Shown here: positions 53,283 to 64,000 of the stretch, piece after piece
Layout: every line of letters starts with the position of its first letter
Numbering within the stretch: position 1 is the first letter of the stretch
The notes under the pieces: model-generated
What the model was told of the DNA's origin: nothing
What the model saw: only the letters and a program-made list of their open reading frames with translations
Databases searched by the model: none
Made by a program: the position numbers and the translations under genes
NCBI RefSeq assembly: GCF_009914755.1
Contig: NC_060947.1
Length of the DNA stretch: 64,000 bases
Direction: 5' to 3' (one strand)
DNA from: the human T2T-CHM13v2.0 reference genome, Homo sapiens

Positions 53283-54010
53283 CTACACTTCTCCTCCTGA
53301 AGGGACTCCAGCAACAGCTGCAGGTCAGTCAGAGACCTCTCCTTTAGGCTGTGATAGGACTCCTGGAGGCTGATGTGGAACCTCTTGGCTTCTTCCAGCT
53401 CTGCCTTTACCTTCTGCAACAGCAGGTTTTGTTGCTGGGCCACATCCTCTGTCTCTAAGCACGTCCCCTGCTGTAAGCTCTGGAAGCGACTCTCCAAGAT
53501 GAAGGGCCTGCTGGCATGAGGCAGGTTGACCGGCCCGTCTTCCCCACCTGGCTCGGGGGGCTCTGAAAGCAGGGCCTTCTCACTGGGTGGCTCGCAGTTG
53601 GCTGGGTCGCTTTCTGCCATCAGCAGTAAGCCCTCGGGCCTGCAGCCTTCCTCCAGCTCCTGGAGCTGCTGGTGACACTGGTGGAGCCTGTGCTCGATCT
53701 GGGCGATGGTGGCAGAGGCGCGCTGGTTCACCTTCTCAAAGGCCTGCTGGATGTGCGGCACCTGGTGCCGGTCTGCTTTGGATACCAGCTTGAGGTAGCT
53801 CACAGTGTTGCCATCCCGACTGGCCTTCTCCACTCTCAGCTGCTCTGAGAGGTAGAGGATGCGGTGCCTGACACTATCCTGTAAGTTGTGGGCTAGGCCT
53901 CCATCTGCGAGGCTGGAAGGGCCACTGGGGCCGTCTTCGCTGGATGACAGGGACCGGCATGAAGGCACATTGGAGGGGAGGGTTGCGCTGGGGCTCCTGG
54001 TGTGTTCCGC
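53283..54010 (-). CDS. TEX28: TEX28 copy, large coiled-coil coding exon
   Basis: Acceptor tttcccaacgtag|GCG; AEHTRSPSATLPSNVPSCRSLSSSEDG…RILYLSEQLRVEKASRDGNTVSYLKLVSKADRHQVPHIQQAFEKVNQRASATIAQIEHRL…LQEEKC(R); donor AG|GTGAG; 728 nt. Confidence 0.9.
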
Positions 54011-54734
54011 CTACGTTGGGAAACAAGAAATCACAATACGGTGCTCTGTGAGCCGCAAAGTGTGGGAGAATTGGACACGTTATGACTCCATAAAACACTT
54101 CCACATATGCATGGATACTTACACACGCAAGATTTGTGCATTCAAGATGGGCCCGACACAGACTGAGGAGGTGATGCTCATCTTCAGGGCCCCTCTCCCC
54201 TCCTTTTCAGCGTCTGACTCCTTGCTCTACATGTGTGCCTCACTAAGACCCACAGGTGGCCAGACTCCCTTCTACATCTGCCTGTTTTTGCACTGCACTC
54301 CTATTTTCTCTTCCAAAAATTACCAATTGTGGGTCTCATTTATAAAGAACTGTTCTTGTAAAGTATGGAATAAGCTTATTTCCGTCAACTCTTACAGCTT
54401 GCTGTATTGCTACTCCCAGGGAGACAGGAAGGGTTAGGCAGAGAGATTTGCCTCCTAACAGGTTCATTCATTCATCCAATCATTCATTCAACACATACTT
54501 TCTCTGAGTGCCTACCACGTGGTACAGAAGCCAGATACATTCTTTGATCTCATACAGCTGACAGTCTACGGCAGAAAATTCTACTGTAACACAAAAGAAT
54601 GAGTCTCTCACATGGTGAGGGGATTAACATTGCCTTTGACGAAGAGCCCAGTTCAAATCCTGGCTCTACCACTCTGAGACCTTGAGCAAGTTAATAAACT
54701 GCTCTGAGGCTCAGTTTTCTTACCTCTAAAATAA

Positions 54735-55113
<379 letters not shown>

Positions 55114-55948
55114 TGAGCCACTGCATCTGGCCTATACCTCAATTTTTAAAATGCAAAGTGATACCACTATGTACCCAGTAGATTGGTCAAACTCAGACAG
55201 ACTAACAACAATAAGAGTTGGCAAGGATATAGCGCAACAGGAACTCTCAATCATTACTGGCGGGAAGCAAATTTGTACTACAGCCACCTTAGAAAACCAC
55301 TTGACAGTATCACAAAGTTGAAGATATACCTACCAAATGATCCAGCAACTGCATTCATAGGCGATATTCCCAGGAGGCAAGTACACTGATGTTCTCAATA
55401 TCCAACAACTAGCAACAAACCACCTGCCCAGAAAGTGTAAGTAAACTGTAATATATGCAACAACATACTACTGTACAGCAATGAGAATGAACTACAGCCT
55501 TGAAAAACATGAATGCATTTCACAAGCATAATGTTGAACAAAAGAAACCAGACAGAAAATCCATACTATATATGGTTCCATTTACATAAATTCCAAGAGC
55601 AGGCAAAACTAAACAATATTGTGTAGGGATGACTACACAGGCAGGAAAGCTAAAGAGCAGCATGGATGTTGGCAACAGAAACCCCAGGATGGTGGTTCCC
55701 ACTAGAGCGGGAGAAGGGGATTATGACTGGGGTGACTGTGGAGGCTGGGGTGCCTGGCCTGAGTAGTGGTTAAATGTGTGTTCACCTTATCGTTACTTCT
55801 TAAAACATACATCAATGTTTTCTGCACCTTTATATACATATGCCAGATTTCACAGTTTTCAAACTATTTAAATGTTCAATATAGGCCAGGTGTGGTGGCT
55901 CATGCCTGTAATCCCAGCACTTTGGGAGGCCGAGGCGGGCGGAGGTCA

Positions 55949-58335
<2,387 letters not shown>

Positions 58336-58530
58336 CACCACTGACAAATGTAAGAATTCAACAACTGTTTAAAAAGCAAGTCTTGCCAGGGCAGTGGTGT
58401 GCACCTGTGGTCCCAGCTACTCAGGATGCTGAGGCAGGAGGATTACTTGTGCCCAGCAAGTAGAGGCTGCAGTGACCTGTGACTGTGCTACTGCCCTCCA
58501 ACCTGGGTGACAGAGTGAGACCTTGTCTCA

Positions 58531-58998
<468 letters not shown>

Positions 58999-59690
58999 TC
59001 ATGCCTGTAATCCCAGCACTTTGGAAGCCAAGGTGGGTGGATCTCTTGAGCTCAGGAGGTCAAGACCAGCCTGGGCAACATGGCGAAACCCCGTCTCTAT
59101 TAAAAAAAAAATTAATACAACAATTATCCTGGAGTGGTGGTGCACACCTGTAGTCCCAGCTACCCAGGACGCTGAGACGGGAGGATCGCTTGATCCCGGG
59201 GATGTCGAGGCTGCCGTGATCGCACCACTGCCCTCCAGCCAGGGTGGCAGACTGAGACCCCATCTCAAAAAATAAATAAATAAAAGCAAACAAGAAAAAA
59301 AAAGGCTTGAAACATATCTGATAGATAAAGGGCTAATCAACACAATATATAAAGAACTGCAAATCAGTAAACTAAGAGCAAATAACCCAATATAAAGACA
59401 TTAAAGGGTAGCCACGGACATCTCAGACGACGAAAAACAAAAGACAGTAAACGTATAATAAAACATGTAATTGCAAGGTGATCCGGGAATAGTAAGCGAA
59501 AAGCAACAATTAAATACTATTTTCTCATCCACCAGAACGCCAAAAATTAAAAAGCCTAACAATGTCCAGGGCTGGCGAGAATGTGGCAGAAGGTGATGTC
59601 ACATACCCTGCAAGTGGGAATCTAAACAGATTCAGGGTTTTGGTTTTTTTTTAATCGCAATTAGGTGGCCTGTTAAATTTTTTTTCTTGA

Positions 59691-59825
<135 letters not shown>

Positions 59826-60103
59826 TAAGCCCAGCTAATTGTTTTTTATTTAGTAGAAACGGGGTTTCACCATGTTAGTCAGGCTGGTCGGGAACTCCTG
59901 ACCTCAGGAGATCTACCCGCCTTGGCCTCCCAAAGTGCTGGGATTACAGGCGTGTGCCACTGTGCCCAGCCACTTTTTTTTAGACAGAGTCTTGGTCTGT
60001 TGCCCAGGCTAGAGTTCAGTGGCGCCATCTCAGCTCACTGCAACCTCCGCCTCCCAGATTCAAGCGATTCTCCTGCCTCGACCTCCCAGTAGCTGGGATT
60101 ACA

Positions 60104-60588
<485 letters not shown>

Positions 60589-61324
60589 TGAATTGGGGGG
60601 TCCTCTCCAAATCTAGAAGGACACCATAATATCGAATATGCATTCTCAAGCCACACAGGCTTCCCAGCCCCTTTGAGAATCCGAGGCCGGGGAAGAGTTT
60701 ATGTGCTCTTTCTTTGTGGCCCGTAGATGAGTGTGTTCACTGCTAGCGAATGACCTCTCATTCCACGGAGTCCCTCAGCTTCCTGGGGAAGAGCTGGGTC
60801 TGTCTTTACATTTGAAGCCGAAAGGAGGCAACATACTGACACACCCAAGGGAGGCGGGAGGGTGGGGAAGACAGCAGCAGAGGGCAAGAAACTTCTAGAA
60901 CTTCAGGGTCGGCAAAGCCTGTAGCAGTCATTTTGTCAAACTCCATGATGGGGCCACTTGGCTTTTGGCTGCACACCTCTGGGGGAAGAGGCTGCATTGG
61001 CGCCCAGGGCCATCTTTCCATTCGGAGCCGTCCTGGGAGAGAGGGCTCAGGCCCAACAGAAAGCTGAAAGCTCTCATCAGGGCAGCCCGAGTCCTGCCAT
61101 TGGGAGTTGCCCAATCCGAAAGTTTTGCACGCAGGCCCTCAAAGAAGCTGAGGACACCAGTGACCGCCCCACTCCTGGCCCTCTCCCCAGGTCCCTCCTC
61201 CAAACCAAATTCCTTTGGTGCCTTCAAGAACATCGTGCAGGCCGGGCACAGTGGCTCACGCCTGTAATCCCAGCACTTTGGGAGGCAGAGGCGGGCAGAT
61301 GACGAGGTCAACAGATAGAGATCA

Positions 61325-61686
<362 letters not shown>

Positions 61687-62584
61687 TCAACATGACTGTG
61701 CCCAGAATTTCCTTGGTGGCAATGTCAACAGTCTCTTCCTAGATGCCCCCAGACTTCATCAATGCATGATGCTTCAGTGCACTCTTTTCAAATGTCGGGG
61801 TGGGTTTTTTTTTTTTTCCACAAAACTTCAAGCATCTACTAAAGTAGAGGGAGGAGTGTAATGAACTCCGGTACCCATCACTCAGCTTCCACGGTTTCAT
61901 CTCATTTCATCTGTGACCCCTCCACTACCCTTTCTTCCTGATTCTTGGAAGCAAATCCAAGACATCACACCCTTCCCTCTGTAAATCTTTACTATGTTCC
62001 TCTAGGAGAAAAGGGCTCTTCTCAATACATAACCACAAGTCATCATCACACCGACAAGTGTAACAGTATTTCCTGAATAGCTTCAAATATCCTAGTAGTG
62101 TTCAAAAAATGTCATACGTATTTTCAGTCTGCTTGAATCAGGGCTCAAATAAGGTCCACACATTCAGATTGACTGATATGCCTTTTGACTACCTTTGAAT
62201 CTAGAGGTTCCCTTTCTATCTCCCTGCAATTTATTTGTGGAAGCAAGCAAGTCGTTCATGACGTAGCCTAACAGGCCCCTCTGACGTTGTTCATTATGAT
62301 TTTTCTGTAAATTGGTAGTTGATCTGAGGATCTGGCCAGAGGCAGGTTGGATTTGTTGGTGTGTTTTGGCAAGGAGAGTGTCTCTTTTCTGGGGTGTTGG
62401 CAGCTACTGAAACTCAATGCCCAGACCAATTAAACCACTGGGGATGGAAAATGACGGCATTCGGACACCTTACCCTGCCTTCACCTATTGGTGACCAAAA
62501 CCTTAACATCTTCACAGGTCTTCTTACCCTGAGGGTATATGCCACTAGGTTGTGTAGTAAACCGGTGTGTTTCCAGTCCCTTAG

Positions 62585-62992
<408 letters not shown>

Positions 62993-64000
62993 TAAATTTT
63001 GTTTTATAATTATGTAATAAAACAGTTAAAAGTCTCAAATTAAAATCTAGAAAAGAAGGTGTATTTGAAGAAGTCTGGCTTCTCTGCGCCACCACCGACC
63101 GCCCCTTCCCTACCTGCCTGTATTTCCTCGAATCACTTTGCCTGGGAGCTGACTTTGATTCTCTTGCTCATTGCTTCATGAAATTCAGTTCCAGAACTTT
63201 CAGGAGGGAGGGGTAGGCCATGACACCAGCTCTAGTTACACTGGTGGCAGCTCCTGTCCCCTCCCCCACTGCTGCTGGGACCTGTTCTCTCCTTTGCCCC
63301 CTTGTCCCTGCACTGCCCAATTTGGACCGCAAGGGTTGCCAGGGAAGGGCACTGGCTGCCTTGTTTTCAGAGGTCGTAGCACCTAGATTGCTCCAGCCCC
63401 TTGCACTTGCCTGCAGGCCAGAGTGTCCCAAACCCTCCCAGTCTCAGCTGCTCTTCCCCAGTTCACCCAAGGTACTTCCCAGGGAAGAGCTGCCGACAGT
63501 TTGGGGGTTCTCTGTTCTTAGGTTCATCAGCAACCCCATTGCTCCCCTCTGCTTCCTTCTGCACGGAGACTGACGCCATGCAGGTCTTCAATTGTCAATG
63601 GTCTGTCCCTGCTGCTCATACTGGGGGTTCCTGGGGAGCCAGTGCCAGGTATCGGGATTGCAGACATTGTCTGTGGGTTTCCAGAAGCTCCTTGTGTTAG
63701 GAACATATGGGGCCCGTGCACAGAGGGCAGCAGAGGCCTTGTGGGATCCAGCTGTGCTAGGGGTGAGATTTATCTGTCTCTCCTGGCCATAGCCAGGAAA
63801 TCCCCATTTTTCTTAAGCTAGCTTGAGTTGGGCTTTTCTAACACACAGCTAAAGAATCTCTTGATAAACCTTGGGACTCTCCATGAGGCCTTATATGGCA
63901 GCAGGTCTGTGGCTTGCAATCCCTTCAAGTAATCTGCCAAAAACAATGTTATGACGAAGGTCCTTCCAACACAAAAGGTGTAGAGCCCTAGCAAACTCCT

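Noticed and set aside
53859-54437. 192-aa + strand ORF overlapping the large TEX28 exon
   Set aside because: Antisense shadow running into intron; no recognisable protein features.

Overview
This window is primate DNA, almost certainly human Xq28, at the start of the red/green cone-opsin tandem array. From 5' to 3' it contains: (i) about 14 kb of Alu/L1/LTR-rich intergenic DNA; (ii) a CpG island at about 14.3-14.9 kb with a good CTCF motif and minus-strand splice donors; (iii) the opsin locus control region (LCR, core about 18376-18412); (iv) the complete six-exon long-wave opsin gene OPN1LW (+ strand, ATG 21937, stop 36579, 364 aa, all L-type tuning residues, exon-3 haplotype LVAIS); (v) a convergent minus-strand TEX28 copy whose four coding exons still splice into an uninterrupted 410-codon ORF; (vi) the array duplication junction at about 60104, where a truncated Alu is fused to the last 236 bp of opsin upstream sequence; and (vii) the promoter, exon 1 and 5' part of intron 1 of the second opsin gene (OPN1MW-type), 38,403 bp downstream of the first. 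This is a well-studied locus and I see no CRISPR, tRNA, rRNA or novel protein-coding gene; most short ORFs in the track are Alu or microsatellite artefacts. The observations most worth a second look are: the TEX28 initiator exon lies antisense inside an old L1 ORF1 relic; the promoter-less TEX28 copy is coding-intact and head-to-head with the second opsin promoter; L/M divergence drops from about 7.7% to about 0.1% right at the transcription start; the downstream promoter has gained E-box/CRE-like motifs; and the CpG island has a CTCF motif bordering the LCR. Repeat subfamily names and literature facts are from memory, not from searches.
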